Source of the DNA: an uncultured Planctomycetaceae bacterium
GTDB lineage: Bacteria; Planctomycetota; Planctomycetia; Isosphaerales; Isosphaeraceae
Reading direction: 5' to 3'
Assembly: GCA_963833985.1 (NCBI GenBank)
Contig: CAWIAD010000001.1
Span: forward strand, 2,048,001 to 2,112,000
DNA: 64,000 nucleotides
A program made the position numbers and the translations under genes. Shown in pieces: positions 33,175 through 45,809 of this stretch (position 1 is the stretch's first letter; each line of letters begins with the position of its first letter). Below the pieces are notes generated by a model that was not told where the DNA came from, searched no databases, and saw nothing but the letters and a program-made list of their open reading frames with translations.

Positions 33175-34654
33175 GAATGCCACAAAGTTAGTCAGAAGTG
33201 CTTCATTGGCAACTGTTTGCGGAGTTCGGATCTGGGCCTAGTCATCCGCATGTATTGTTTTGGTCGTCGCTTTACGACTCGGGGCTCGACGCGTCCACGG
33301 CGCAATGGGTTGATGACGATCCGCGCGGGCTCAGAACCCCCTTCGGACCCGATCAGCCAGCGCACCGCGTCGATCAAGCCGATCCGATCCGGATCAACGC
33401 CGCGCATGCGTGCCGACTCCAGCATGACCGATCTTACCAGGTTATACGCCAGGCTGAAAATCGCCAGCTCTTTGAGAACCCCTTCGACTGTCTCGCAACG
33501 CAGAACATCCATCTTCATGCTAATCTTTATATGACGAAAATTGAGTTCGACTCTCCACCTCTTGTAGTAGAGTTCGGCCAGCTCTGTCGCCGGGTAGGTC
33601 GATGCGTCTAACAGAGTCGTGACCAGCGTGATTTCGCGCACCCGATACCCGGGTGTCTCGACCCGGTACCTCAGCTCGCGCACGGTGATCTCGGAGGGCA
33701 GCACCTCGAACTCATCCGCCGACATCCACTTCGGATGGGATTTCGATTTAAACCATGTGACAATCTGATCTGCGGTTCCCTGCGCCAACACCCACCGCGA
33801 ACTCGGCAGACCCTGCGGCCTGGGGTACGGACCCTTCCTCCTGGCCATCGGACGACCCGGCGTGAAATCGACGATCTGCTGCTGGTGCACGCGGAAAACC
33901 GCATGCAGACCGCGTTGCAGTAATATCGCCAGATGAGCATACGAGCAAAATCCGCGGTCACCGAGCACGATGTCTCCCGGCTCCAGGCCGTCGGAGATCG
34001 GGCCAACCTGGGACATCTCGTGGGTCCGCAAAGGGGCCGTCCTCGAACGCAGAAGCATGCCGGTGGTGACGTCGAAGAGGGCCAGCCATTTCGCCACCGG
34101 GAAGCCACAGCCCTTGCGTTGACCGCTGGGTTGGCCGAAGTGACGTTGCAGTTCTGGTTGGTCCGGCATGGAGAAGCTGGAGCTGTCGACGACCCAGATT
34201 CGGTGCCCGAGCCACCGCGCGCCATCCGAAGCAGTCCGCACGGCGGCAGCGGTCCGCTCCACGAGCCAGTCGAAGACGGCCAGCGGAAGCCGCTTTCGCG
34301 CCAGGCAGTAGGCGCTGTCGGTGAAGGTCCAAGCGCCGAAGTGCACCACGTGGCGACAAGCCGTGTTGCCATGAAGGACCTGGAGAAGGAACAGATAAAT
34401 GGTCGTCGCGGGGTCGAGAACGCGATTCCGCCAGCGGTGTTTCGCCTGGCGGCAGGCTTCTTCGATCGTCTCCCGGGACAATCCCGCGGCGATATCTTGG
34501 CGCAGTCGATCGAGAATAGGGATGATGCGAGGCGGCATGGGTGGGGCTCCCTCCAGCAACTGTGGGTCCTGGTACTTCCCACAGGATGCCCGGAGCCTCA
34601 CCCATGGCGCAAGATCAAATGGCACAATTAGTTAAAATTAACTTCGCGGCATTC
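33175..34654 (-). mobile_element. Complete IS4-family insertion sequence (1,480 bp)
   Basis: Terminal IRs GAATGCCACAAAGTTAGT and GAATGCCGCGAAGTTAAT (15/18 match); flanking 11-bp direct repeat TGCAATATCCC at 33164-33174 and 34655-34665. Confidence 0.92.
33192..34538 (-). CDS. IS4-family DDE transposase
   Basis: SAYCLARKRLP, WVVDSS, IVLGDRGF and LYYKRWRVELNFRHIK (Y-R-E-K signature); intact ORF. Confidence 0.93.
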   Translation of the reverse strand: MPPRIIPILDRLRQDIAAGLSRETIEEACRQAKHRWRNRVLDPATTIYLFLLQVLHGNTACRHVVHFGAWTFTDSAYCLARKRLPLAVFDWLVERTAAAVRTASDGARWLGHRIWVVDSSSFSMPDQPELQRHFGQPSGQRKGCGFPVAKWLALFDVTTGMLLRSRTAPLRTHEMSQVGPISDGLEPGDIVLGDRGFCSYAHLAILLQRGLHAVFRVHQQQIVDFTPGRPMARRKGPYPRPQGLPSSRWVLAQGTADQIVTWFKSKSHPKWMSADEFEVLPSEITVRELRYRVETPGYRVREITLVTTLLDASTYPATELAELYYKRWRVELNFRHIKISMKMDVLRCETVEGVLKELAIFSLAYNLVRSVMLESARMRGVDPDRIGLIDAVRWLIGSEGGSEPARIVINPLRRGRVEPRVVKRRPKQYMRMTRPRSELRKQLPMKHF

Positions 34655-34715
34655 TGCAATATCCCCTTCAGGCCTCCCTGGCAGGATGCCTACCACGACC
34701 AGCGGAGCCGAGTGA

Positions 34716-35096
34716 TCATTCTCTGGACACATCAACGATGGCCTGGTTTAGCGCGTCGAGAATTCGACTTATCTTATCCGCGTTCGAGCTTTCGTATGCT
34801 CTGATTTCTCCTCCCGCCGTGGCGAGGACGACCGCGTGAGTGGGTTTCCGATAGTAGAGAAGAAGGGAGCATGAACCTACAAGACACAGGCCGAGAATAA
34901 TCGCAACCGGATTGAGTGTGAGGATTAGGGCGATACCCAGAAGGGCGAAGGCGATCGGGGCAATGCGGCCTGGCCAGATCGTGGTTCCCTTAACTGATGT
35001 GACGTTTCGTATGGCATAGGTCTGGGTGGCTACTACGAAACGAGCGCTGCTCACCTGGACGGGTCCCTCATTGTAATAGCTCACTTCTTTAGTCAC
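34716..35096 (-). CDS. DUF6232-like small membrane protein
   Basis: VQVSSARFVV..QTYAIRNVTSV, two TM helices, HAVVLATAGGE...ILDALNQAI; visibly lower GC than the flanking genes. Confidence 0.7.
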   Translation of the reverse strand: MTKEVSYYNEGPVQVSSARFVVATQTYAIRNVTSVKGTTIWPGRIAPIAFALLGIALILTLNPVAIILGLCLVGSCSLLLYYRKPTHAVVLATAGGEIRAYESSNADKISRILDALNQAIVDVSRE

Positions 35097-35386
35097 GGGA
35101 TGAGCCTCGCCTTTGCATTTAAAGCGGAATCCGCCGCCTCCGGGGGCCGAGCACTGAAAGATCGTGCCAACCTGGCAACTACTTAATCGTACCCGTCCTG
35201 CCGCAACCAATCTACGAGGAGGGCCGCCTCGCCCTTCCCACCGAATTGAAGGCCACCCATCTTAAACAGTAGTTTCCACGAAAAACCGCACAATAACTGA
35301 TCGTATGTACCGTATTGAATGCAGCGTCTCCTGGTCGGAACCTGCCAGGTGGTCACTAACCCGTCCGGCCCCGACACAGGAGACGC

Positions 35387-35735
35387 ATGATGACCAAGGC
35401 TCAACTCACCTGGTCCATCTGGCAAGACTTGTTCAACGCCTTTGCTTGGGCCTTTACCCGCCGCGGCTTCCACCGCTTCGCCGAGTGGATCTCCGCCATG
35501 GCCCTGAACGTCGAGGAACACACCATCACCCAGTCGGTCCTGGCCCTGGAGCAGCCCGCCGCCTGGAAGGTGCTGGAGACCTCCGCCGAGTACGGCTCCT
35601 GGCATGAAGACCGCGTCACGCAGGCCCTCACGCGCCTCATCGCCAAGGCCCCGAGTCAGGACTGGCACGGCGACCATGTTTCGGCCATCGATGACACCAC
35701 GGTCCATCGCTCCAGTCCCCACGTCTGGGGCACCG
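35387..35735 (+). pseudogene. Truncated IS701-like transposase (N-terminal fragment)
   Basis: WAFTRRGFHRFAEW...NVEEHTITQS...AIDDTTVHRSSPHVWGT covers only the first catalytic Asp region, then similarity breaks off; AGGAG RBS. Confidence 0.7.
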
Positions 35736-35943
35736 CGCGGTGTCCGCGTGGAACGTGCAGTCTGGAAGAACGATCGTGATCATCCTCTCTGCCACTCCTG
35801 CCCCGCCCTCCCGGCCGGGAAAAGAACCAGAGATGCATCAACCGGTTCACTGATTGTGCAACGAAGAGATTCGGGTTAGGATATCGGACGATTGTCCGGT
35901 GGCCGGCTTCACGTCAGGTCCTTTGCGGCAGCAAGAGGTGAGC

Positions 35944-36954
35944 ATGGCGGGCGACGCGCAGGCGATCAAGGAGCAGCTCGACCAGTTCCGCACCGATTTC
36001 GAGGCCCTGCGGCGCGAGATCGGCAAGGTGATCGTCGGGCAGGGAGAGATCATCGACGGCACGCTGCTGGCTCTCATCGCCGGCGGTCACGTGCTGCTGG
36101 AGGGAGTGCCCGGCCTGGGCAAAACCCTGCTGGTGCGCACCCTGGCCGATTCCCTTCAGCTCAAATTCCAGCGCATCCAGTTCACGCCCGACCTCATGCC
36201 CGCCGACCTCACGGGAACCAACGTGGTCCTGGAGACGCCCGAGGGAGGCCGGCGGTTCGAGTTCCAGCCCGGCCCCGTGTTCTCCAACCTGGTACTCGCC
36301 GACGAGATCAACCGGGCCACGCCCAAGACGCAGTCGGCCCTGCTCGAGGCCATGCAGGAACGGTCGGTCACGATCGCCGGCAAGACGCACAGCCTGGGCC
36401 GGCCGTTCTTCGTGCTCGCCACGCAGAACCCGCTGGAGATGGAGGGAACGTACCCGCTCCCCGAGGCCCAGCTCGATCGCTTCTTCTTCAAACTGCTGGT
36501 GAAGTTCCCGTCGGCGGCGGAAATGGAGATGATCCTCGATCGCACCACCGAGGCCGCCGAGCCCCGCGCCGAGGCCATCTTCGATGGTAAGAGGATCGGC
36601 GAGCTTGCCCAGCTGGCACGTCAGATCCCCATCGCCGATGAGCTGCGGCGCTTCGGCATCGCCATCGTCCTGGCGACGCACCCGGAGCACGAGCTGGCCA
36701 CGGACAGGTCCCGGCGCTACGTGCGCTACGGCTCCAGCCCGCGCAGCGCCCAGGCGATCATCCTTGCCGCCAAGATCCGCGCCATCCTTGACCATCGCTA
36801 CCACGTCTCCCGCGAGGACCTGCGCGCGGTGGCTCATCCCGCCCTGCGCCACCGCCTGATCCTGAACTTCGAGGGCCAGGCGGAGAACATCGAGCCGGAC
36901 GAGATCATCGACGAGATCCTCGAACAGGTCGAGAGCCCCGCGCTGGTCGCCTGA
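35944..36954 (+). CDS. moxR: MoxR-family AAA+ ATPase
   Basis: Walker [24 protein letters not shown], Walker [45 protein letters not shown]. Confidence 0.96.
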   Translation: MAGDAQAIKEQLDQFRTDFEALRREIGKVIVGQGEIIDGTLLALIAGGHVLLEGVPGLGKTLLVRTLADSLQLKFQRIQFTPDLMPADLTGTNVVLETPEGGRRFEFQPGPVFSNLVLADEINRATPKTQSALLEAMQERSVTIAGKTHSLGRPFFVLATQNPLEMEGTYPLPEAQLDRFFFKLLVKFPSAAEMEMILDRTTEAAEPRAEAIFDGKRIGELAQLARQIPIADELRRFGIAIVLATHPEHELATDRSRRYVRYGSSPRSAQAIILAAKIRAILDHRYHVSREDLRAVAHPALRHRLILNFEGQAENIEPDEIIDEILEQVESPALVA

Positions 36955-36988
36955 GACCGGCTTCCTTTCGCGTGAACGGAGGCTGGCC

Positions 36989-37893
<905 letters not shown>

Positions 37894-37897
<4 letters not shown>

Positions 37898-39825
37898 ACC
37901 TCGTCAACCCCACGGCGCTCTTGCTGGCTGGCCTGGCCGTGCCGATCGTCGCCCTGTACATCCTCAAGGTCCGGCTGCGGCGCGTGCCCGTCTCCACGAT
38001 CCTCTTCTGGAGGCAGGTTTTCGAGGAGAAGAAACCCAGGTCGCTGTGGCAGCAGCTCCGGCACTGGATCTCGCTGGCGCTTCAGCTCGCGTTCCTGCTG
38101 CTGCTGGTGACGGCCCTGGCCGACCCGCTCTTCCGCTGGCAGAAGGCCCAGGCGCGGAGGCTCGTGCTGGTGGTCGACAACTCGGCAAGCATGAGCGCGA
38201 CGGACGTGCCGCCGAACCGGTTCGAGGCGGCGCGTGCCCAGGGACGCAGGCTCATCGACGGCATGCGCGTGGGCGATGAGATGGCCATCCTCTGCGCGGC
38301 GAGCTCGCCGCAGGTGGTGTGCACCATGACGGATCATCAGCGGACCTTGCACCAGGCGCTCGGCTCCATCACCAGCGGCGACGGCCCGGCCCGCATCCAG
38401 GACGCCGTCAGCCTGGCTCGCCACCTGCTGATCGACCCGGCGCGGCCGCACCGCATCATCGTCGTCTCCGACGGCAGCTTTCCGGGTGCCTCCGCACTCT
38501 CGAAGGAAGAGGACGTTGAGCTCGTCTCGGCCGGCGGCAGGACGCCCAACCTGGGCATCTCGCGCATGCAGGCCAGGCGCAGCCTGCTCGACCCGATCGG
38601 CTACGAGATCCTGGTCGAGGTAGTGAACGCCTCCGACGATGCGGCCGAATGCCGGCTCGAGCTCGATCTCGACGACGCTCCCATCGACGTCGTCCCGCTT
38701 CGCCTCCAGCCGGGCGAGCACACGACCCAGGTCTTCGAGAAGACCTCGGCCGAGGGGGGCCTGCTGCGTGCCCGCCTGAACCGCGATGACGCCCTGGCCG
38801 CGGACAACACCGCCTTCGCGCTTTTGCCCCGGCGCAGCCGCCAGCGCGTGCGGCTGGAGACCGGCGGCAACCTGTTCCTGGAGAAAGTCTTCGAGGCCAT
38901 GCCGCTGGTGGACCTGGAGATCGTCAAGGACCCGTCGCGAGAGCCGCCCGCGGCCCCCGGCCTCGCGCTCACGGTCCTGCATCGCCGGGTGCCGGCCGCC
39001 CTGCCGGCCGGGCCGGTGCTGGTGATCGAGCCGGATCAGCCGTCGCCGCTCTGGCAGCTTGGCGAGCCGCTCCAGAACCCCGTGGTGGCGAAGCAAGATG
39101 GCGATTCGCCGCTCATGGCCCACATTCGCCTGGACCAGGTGCTCATGCCCGAGGCCCGCCGGCTGACACTCGCCTCCGGCGCGGGGTTCAAGCTGCTGGC
39201 CGAGACCGCGACGGGCCACCCGCTGTACGCCGTGTGCGACCGGCCCGAAGGGAAGGTCCTGGTGCTCACAGTGAACCTCGACAAGAGCGACCTCCCGCTC
39301 CTGACCGCCTTCCCGATCATGATGACCAACCTCCTGAGCTGGCTGTCCGGAACCAAGGGAGAGCTGCGCGAATCGCTGCCCACCGGTTCCGTGACCGAGA
39401 TCGCACTAGCGCCCGAGGCCGATCCCCGGGCCCTGCGCATCCTCCGCTCGCCGGTGGGGAGCGAACGGACCTTGCCCGCCAGCGCGGCGAAGGTCAGCCT
39501 GGGGCCGCTCGACCAGGTCGGAGTGTGGAGGTTGATCCGCCGGCTGCCCGCGGGCACAGGGACAGAGAAAGCTGACTTGAAGGCGCAGCAAGCCAGCTTG
39601 AAGGCGCAGGACCCGGGCGTGCGGGAAGAGCTCTTGCTGGAAGTGGCCTGCAATCTCGCCGATCGCGGCGAGACCGACATTCGCCCGGGCGCGGAGATCC
39701 AGTCCCGAACGGTGCCGCGGCTGGCCGGTTTCCTGGTCCGGCCGGTCTGGTTCTACCTGCTCCTGTGCGCGTGGTGCCTGACCTCCTGGGAATGGTATCT
39801 CTACCAGCGAAGGTGGATCGACTGA
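37894..39825 (+). CDS. BatA-type N-terminal double-TM + vWA domain protein
   Basis: MNLVNP...PIVALYILK, MIDAS VVDNSASM, VVSDG and C-terminal TM ending WEWYLYQRR; ATGA overlap with the DUF58 gene. Confidence 0.88.
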
Positions 39826-42436
39826 TGAGCTGGCTGCCCTATCAACTGGAGCTGGGACGGCCCTGGTGGCTGCTCGGGCTGGGCGTGCTGCCGGTGCTGC
39901 TGTATTACTTCCACCATAGCCTGGTCGATTTCACGCGCTGGCAGCGCTGGGTGTCGCTGGCGGTGCGGGCCTGCATCCTGCTGCTGCTGGTGCTGGCGCT
40001 CGCGGGCCTGAGCCTGTTGCGGCCCACGCGGGAACAGTTCCTCGTCTTCGCCATCGACCGCAGCCGGAGCATCGGCGACGAGGGCGCAAGCTGGCGGACG
40101 ATTTCGTGGCCAGGGCGATCGCGCAGGCCGGCCGCAATCGCTACGCGGTGCTGCCCTTCGCCGCGGGGCCAGGTGTGCTGCGCACGGAGGAGACCGCGCC
40201 CCGGCCTGCCGGCGCGGAGCAGCCGGACGACAGCAAGGTCCTTGATCTCCAGGGCACCGACATCGCCCGGGCCCTGGAGGTTGCGGCTGCCGCCATACCT
40301 CCGTTCTATGTTCCGCGCATCGTGCTCATCTCCGACGGCAACGCCACGGCCGGAGATGCCGTGCGGGTTGCGGCCGGGCTGCGCGGCCGGGTGGACGTCT
40401 CCACGGTGGCACTGCCGGCACGCACCGATCCTGAAGTGCAGATCTCGTCCGTGACCGTCCCGGCACAGGTGCAGCAGGGCGAGGCCTTCCGCGCCGAGCT
40501 GGTGATCGACAGCAATCACGATGACGAAGCCGGCCAGGTCGAGGTGTATCGCGGCGATATCAAGGTGGCCGACACCCCACTGAAGCTGAAGAAGGGTGAG
40601 AACCGGATCCGCCTGGCGCAGACGATCGAGCAGGGGGGGCTGACGCAGATCACGGCCCGGCTGCGCGGCTACCGCGATACGATCGTGGACAACAACAGCG
40701 ACTCCGGCCTGGTCTACACCGCGGGCAAGCCGCGCGTGCTTCTGGTGGAAAGCGATACCGACCAGGCCAAGCACCTGACCTGGGCGCTCGAGGAGCAGAA
40801 CATGCAGGTGGACGTCCGGCCCCCGCGCGGGGTGCCGGAGACCCTGGCGGAGCTGCAAAACTATGATCTGCTGATCCTCTCCAACGTCCCCGCCACGTCG
40901 CTGTCGATGCGGCAGATGCAGGTTGCCCGCACCTACGTGCAAGATCTGGGTGGCGGGTTGATCATGCTCGGCGGCGACCAGTCCTTCGGCCTGGGGGGCT
41001 ATTACAAGACCACGCTCGAGGAGATCTTGCCGGTGCGCAGCGATTTCGAGAAAGAGAAGGAGAAGCCAAGCCTGGCGATGATGCTGGTGATCGACAAGTC
41101 CGGTTCGATGGGCGGCGAGAAGATCGAGATGGCCAAGGAGGCGGCCCGCGCCGCGGTCGAGCTGCTGGGGCCCAGCGACAAGGTGGGCGTGCTGGCGTTC
41201 GAGGGCGAGAACTTCTGGGTCTCCGAGCTGCACCCGTGCAACGACAAGGGCTTCGTGCTGGACCGGATTGCCGGGCTCGAGGCGGGTGGCGGAACCGTCA
41301 TGGCGCCGGCCATGGAAGAAGCCTACGAGACGCTGCGGGGGGCGATCGCCAAGCTCAAGCACATGATCATCCTCACCGACGGCATCTCCCAGCCGGGCGA
41401 CTTTGAAGGCATTGCCCAGGCGATGGCCGCCGACCGCATCACCGTCTCCACCGTTGCCATGGGGGCCGATGCCGACCAGCAGCTCCTGGAGGAGATTGCC
41501 CACATCGGCAACGGCCGCTACTACGTCGCCGACGACCCGGCCCAGGTGCCGCAGATCTTTGCCAAGGAGACTGTCACCGCTAGCAAGTCGGCCATCAACG
41601 AACAGCCGTTCTCGCCCACGATCGTCCGCCCCACGCAGGTGCTGGCCGACCTCGGGCTGGATACGGCGCCCTTCCTGCTGGGCTACGTGATCACCCGCCC
41701 CAAGCCCACGGCGGAGGTGATCCTGGCCACCGAGTCGGGAGACCCGCTGCTGGCCTGGTGGCGTTACGGGCTGGGCATGAGCGTGGCGTTCACGTCCGAT
41801 GCCAAGGCGCGCTGGGCCGCCGAGTGGCTCTCCTGGCCCAGCTTCGCGCAGTTCTGGGCCCAGGTGGCCCGGCACGCCCTGCGCAGGGCCGAGGCCAGGG
41901 GCACGGTCGTGCAGGTGGAGAGGAAGGGACAGACGGCGAAGGTCACGCTCGATGCCATCGAGCCCTCGGGCAAGTATCTCAACAAGGCCGACACGGAGCT
42001 GATGCTGATTGATCCGCAGCTCAGCACGCGCAAGCTGGAAATGGCCCAGGTGGCCCCCGGCCGGTACCAGGCCGAATTCGAGACGGGCCTCTCCGGCTCC
42101 TACCAGTTACGCTTCGCCCAATCCCGGAGCGGCCAGCTCATCGGCCAGCAATCACGCGGCCTGGCCGTCGGCTATCCTGATGAGCTGCGGCTCCGCCCCG
42201 CCAATACCGAGCTCTTGCGGTCGATCGCCGAGACGACGGGCGGCAGGAGCGACGTGAAGGCCCAGGACGTGTTCGCGGATCCGGACCGCACCGTCCCGCG
42301 GACCACACCGCTCTGGCCCTACCTGGCGGGCGCCGCGGCGCTCCTCTTTGTGCTCGATGTGGCGCTGCGGCGGATCGACCTGGCCCTGCTGCGACGCGGC
42401 GGAAGTGCGTTATCGCTGTCGGCGGGCCGCGCCTGA
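39825..42436 (+). CDS. Membrane-anchored double-vWA protein with GATase-like domain (apparent frameshift ~40086)
   Basis: TGATG coupling to the upstream gene. N-terminal TMs and IDRSRS lie in one frame; GTD/ISDGN, GGGLIMLGG, IDKSGSM, LTDG and the C-terminal TM lie in ORF 40106-42436. Confidence 0.85.
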
Positions 42437-42505
42437 TCGTATACTGGCTGTTGAAGGATTTCGTGGGAGCTTGATGTCCAACTCACAGCACTGGGAGCCG
42501 CGGCC

Positions 42506-43996
42506 ATGCACGATCGCATCTTCGGTCTGCTCGATCCTGTCCGACGGCGGCAGCGTCTCCTGCTGGTGGTGCGCTGGGCGGCTTCCGGGCTGCTCGCGGG
42601 ATCGCTCATGAGCATGCTGCTCGGGCTCTGGCAATGGTGGAGCAGCAGCGCGATCTCGTTGTTCTGGCCGGTTGCGGCACTGGCCGGCGGACCGCTCCTC
42701 GGGGCAACCATCGGGGCTTTCCGGTGGCGCGGTTGGGGCAGCACCGCGGCCGTGGTCGACGCCCGCTACGCCCTCAAGGATCGCACGCTCACGGCCATCG
42801 ACCTGGTGCGGCGCAGCGCGCCCTCGGCGGTGCACGAACTTCAGCTCGCCGACGCCGAGGAGCACCTGGCGGTCCTCGACCCGCGCAAGGTCGCGCCCTT
42901 TCGGCTCTCGGCGCGCTTTCCTCTCGCCGCCGGCACGGCCATCGTCGCCCTGCTGATCCTGTTCTGGCCGCGTCCCACCCGGATCGAGGCCGGCCCGCCC
43001 GAGCCCTTGGAGGAGGTCGTGGCGGCCGCCGGCGACGCCAGGGCCAGCCTCGAGGAACTGGCCGAGGAGGCCAAAAAGCCGGAGAGCCGGGAGCTGCACA
43101 GCCTGGTCCAGAAGCTCGTCGAGAAGATCGAGGAGATGAAGCAGCCGGGTGTCGACGTCAAGGAAGCACTCGCCAAGCTCTCGGAGATGCAGGCGTCGAT
43201 CGCCGCGCAGCAGGCCATGTACAACGTCGGCATGGTCGACGCCCAGATGAACGCACTGGGAGAAGCCATGGCCTCCACCCAGGCGCTCGAATCGGCCGGG
43301 CAGGCCCTCCAGCAGCAGAAGTTCGAGAAGGCCGCCGACGCCCTCGAGCAGGCCGATCCGAAGTTCGACCGCAAGGAGGCGAAGAACCTCAAGGAGAAGC
43401 TCAAGAAGGCCGCGCTCGCGCAGGGCGACGCCGGACTGGGCGAGCTGAGCGAGACTACCGCCGAGATGGCCGACTCGCTGGAGAACGCGGCCGCCTTTCA
43501 GGATTCAGCGCGCAAGCTGGGGAAACTCGCCCGTTCGCACGGCCGCAGAAAGCAGATCAGCGACCTGCTCACACTCGCGACGGGAAACCTTTCCGAGTGC
43601 AAGAGCAATTGCCAGAAGAACGGCGGCGCAAAGGTCCGGCTGAGGGCGAAGTCGACGCGGCCCAGCAGCACCTGGGGCCGCGGAATCAGCGGCAACGTGG
43701 ACGGCGAAAAGACCAAGCTCGGCTCCGAGCACAAGCGCGATCAGGTGCAGGGACAGGCCGACGAGGGGCCCTCGGAAGTGGAGACCACCCGCTCACCCGA
43801 AGGCCGCCAGCTCGCCTCGCGCAGCTACCAGGAGACCTACGCCAGGTACCGCCGCAAGACCGAGGCGGCGCTGAACAGCGAGCCCATTCCGCTGGGCCAC
43901 CGGCAGACGATTCGCCGCTACTTCGAGCTCATCCGCCCGCAGAACGACGAGGTGGACAAACCGGCCGCACAGCCGCCAGCCCCGGACAGCAAGTAA
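42506..43996 (+). CDS. Membrane-anchored coiled-coil protein, last gene of the MoxR operon
   Basis: Three N-terminal TMs, long E/K/Q/A helical region, CKSNC and terminal EPIPLGHRQTIRRYFELIRP. Confidence 0.8.
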   Translation: MHDRIFGLLDPVRRRQRLLLVVRWAASGLLAGSLMSMLLGLWQWWSSSAISLFWPVAALAGGPLLGATIGAFRWRGWGSTAAVVDARYALKDRTLTAIDLVRRSAPSAVHELQLADAEEHLAVLDPRKVAPFRLSARFPLAAGTAIVALLILFWPRPTRIEAGPPEPLEEVVAAAGDARASLEELAEEAKKPESRELHSLVQKLVEKIEEMKQPGVDVKEALAKLSEMQASIAAQQAMYNVGMVDAQMNALGEAMASTQALESAGQALQQQKFEKAADALEQADPKFDRKEAKNLKEKLKKAALAQGDAGLGELSETTAEMADSLENAAAFQDSARKLGKLARSHGRRKQISDLLTLATGNLSECKSNCQKNGGAKVRLRAKSTRPSSTWGRGISGNVDGEKTKLGSEHKRDQVQGQADEGPSEVETTRSPEGRQLASRSYQETYARYRRKTEAALNSEPIPLGHRQTIRRYFELIRPQNDEVDKPAAQPPAPDSK

Positions 43997-44062
43997 CGTC
44001 TCGCAAGGCCGGCGAAACGAGGCGGCCGCCAGGCAGCCGCCCGTTGCCAGGTTCCGCACGGA

Positions 44063-45809
44063 TCAAAGCGTCTTGAGATACTCGACGAGCTGCCTGCGCT
44101 CGTCGTCGCCCAGGTTCGTCCCGTACTCCTCTCCCTCGTGGCCGGCGTTGCTGTTGCCCGTGATCGGACGCCCGGTGGCGTCAAACACGTTGAACTTCGG
44201 GAATCCGGGAACATCGGTCAGAAAACCGACACGCACGGGGTCGAACGTGCGAACGCCCACGCTGAACGACTTCGACCGCATTGCGGCGGGCTTGAACAGC
44301 TCGTCGAGGTTCGGCACCGAGCCGTTGTGCAGGTACGGAGCCGTGGCCCAGATGCCATTGAGCGGCCGGGCCTTGTACTGCACCGCCGGGACCGTCTGCG
44401 GAACGAATTGCCCCGCGGCAGCCACGTTGCCGATCCGGATTTGCGACAGGTAGTCGTGGGGCGCAGGCCAGTAAGAGCCGAGGATCGTACCGATCACCTC
44501 GTTGGTCACCATGACCGATGCGCTCGCGACTGGCGGGATCCGGGTCGTGAACGGAACCAGGTTCACGTTCGCTCCTTCAAGCTTGCCGGAGCGCCCGGTC
44601 CGGTTGAAGAAGTTGAGATACGTTGCGGGATCCGTCTGGTCTGGCTTCATGTAGGAGACGATCACCCGGTTGGGATCCTTGCGATTGGCCACCACCGTAT
44701 GGCAGGTGTCACACTTGAGCCGCTGGTAAATCGCCTGGCCCCTGGCCGCGTCGGCCTGCTGGATTGGAGGAAACCCCGCCGGCCACTGCGGCGACCAGAG
44801 GGTCTTCAAGAGGTTCTCCAAGTCTGCGAGATTGCGCAGTGCGCACGGACGACGAATACCCCAGGGGCGACGGGTCGTCCGGAATCGTGAAGTCGGCAAA
44901 GACGCCGAGGACCTCGCCGACATTGCGTGCGAGGCTTTCGGCATCCAGCGGTCCGCCGCTCTTGGCAATGCCGATCCACTGCTCCAGCTCCTGAAAGGGC
45001 GTATCCCAGATGAACGGATAACTCACCGGGGCGTTCGCCGGCTGCGTATTGTCGACCGGCGAGGCGGGTGACTTGAGCGCGTGGTAAAACACCTCGTTGA
45101 CGATCGCTCCGACTGCGTCGAGGCGGCCATACTCGTCCGGCGCGGGGGCGGGGCGAGCGGGGTCGTATCCCGGGAAATTCCGCTGGTTGTAAGCAACACG
45201 GCGGTCGATGACCGCGCCGATCTGGGCTTTCAGGTAGGCCTGTGCGGTGGGATTGTTCTGCTTGCCAAGCACCCGCGCGGCGAAGCGCGCGAGCTTTGCC
45301 GGATCGTCGCGCGTCTGCTGCATCGCCGTGACCATGCCCGAAAGCAAGGCCCGGACGTCGGCCTGGGTGGGCGCCCCGTCCACGCGGTAGGCGGTGTCGC
45401 CAAGCCGGATCTCGCTGGTATGGCACGCGGCACAGGTCAGTCCCAGCCAGGCTCGACCCGTACCCTGGTCTGCCACGAAACCAACCGGCAGACCGTCGGG
45501 ATTGAGGGCGCCAGACAATTGCGGCAAGTAGCGGTATTTGAGGATATTTTGATTATCCCGGAAGAGGGTCGCCGAATCGGGCTGCTCGAGTGCCAGGAAC
45601 CAGTCGTAGGGGATGATCTGCGATCCCTGCGACGTGAAGTAAAACCGCAGGCTGACCGCGGGGGACCAGCCCTGATCGAGATAGACGACCTTCGTCGCCG
45701 GTTCGCCCAGCGGGTCTGCCGTGGGCACGAACGCGTCGCGTGAAGGGCCCGGTTCGTCGGCCGCGGCCGGGCACGACAGCACCAGCGCCATGAGGACAGG
45801 GCCAAGCAT
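44063..45809 (-). CDS. Exported di-heme c-type cytochrome (RoxA/peroxidase-like family; apparent frameshift ~44840)
   Basis: Signal peptide, LDQGW, CAACH and CDTCH heme motifs, YKARPLNGIWATAPYLHNGSVP and GNSNAGHE; the two ORFs join at SSSVR/LRNLADLE. Confidence 0.85.

Noticed and set aside
32752..33183. 143-aa and 61-aa minus-strand ORFs next to the IS
   Set aside because: The longer one starts inside the IS end; neither frame, nor the reconstructed empty site, gives a recognisable protein.
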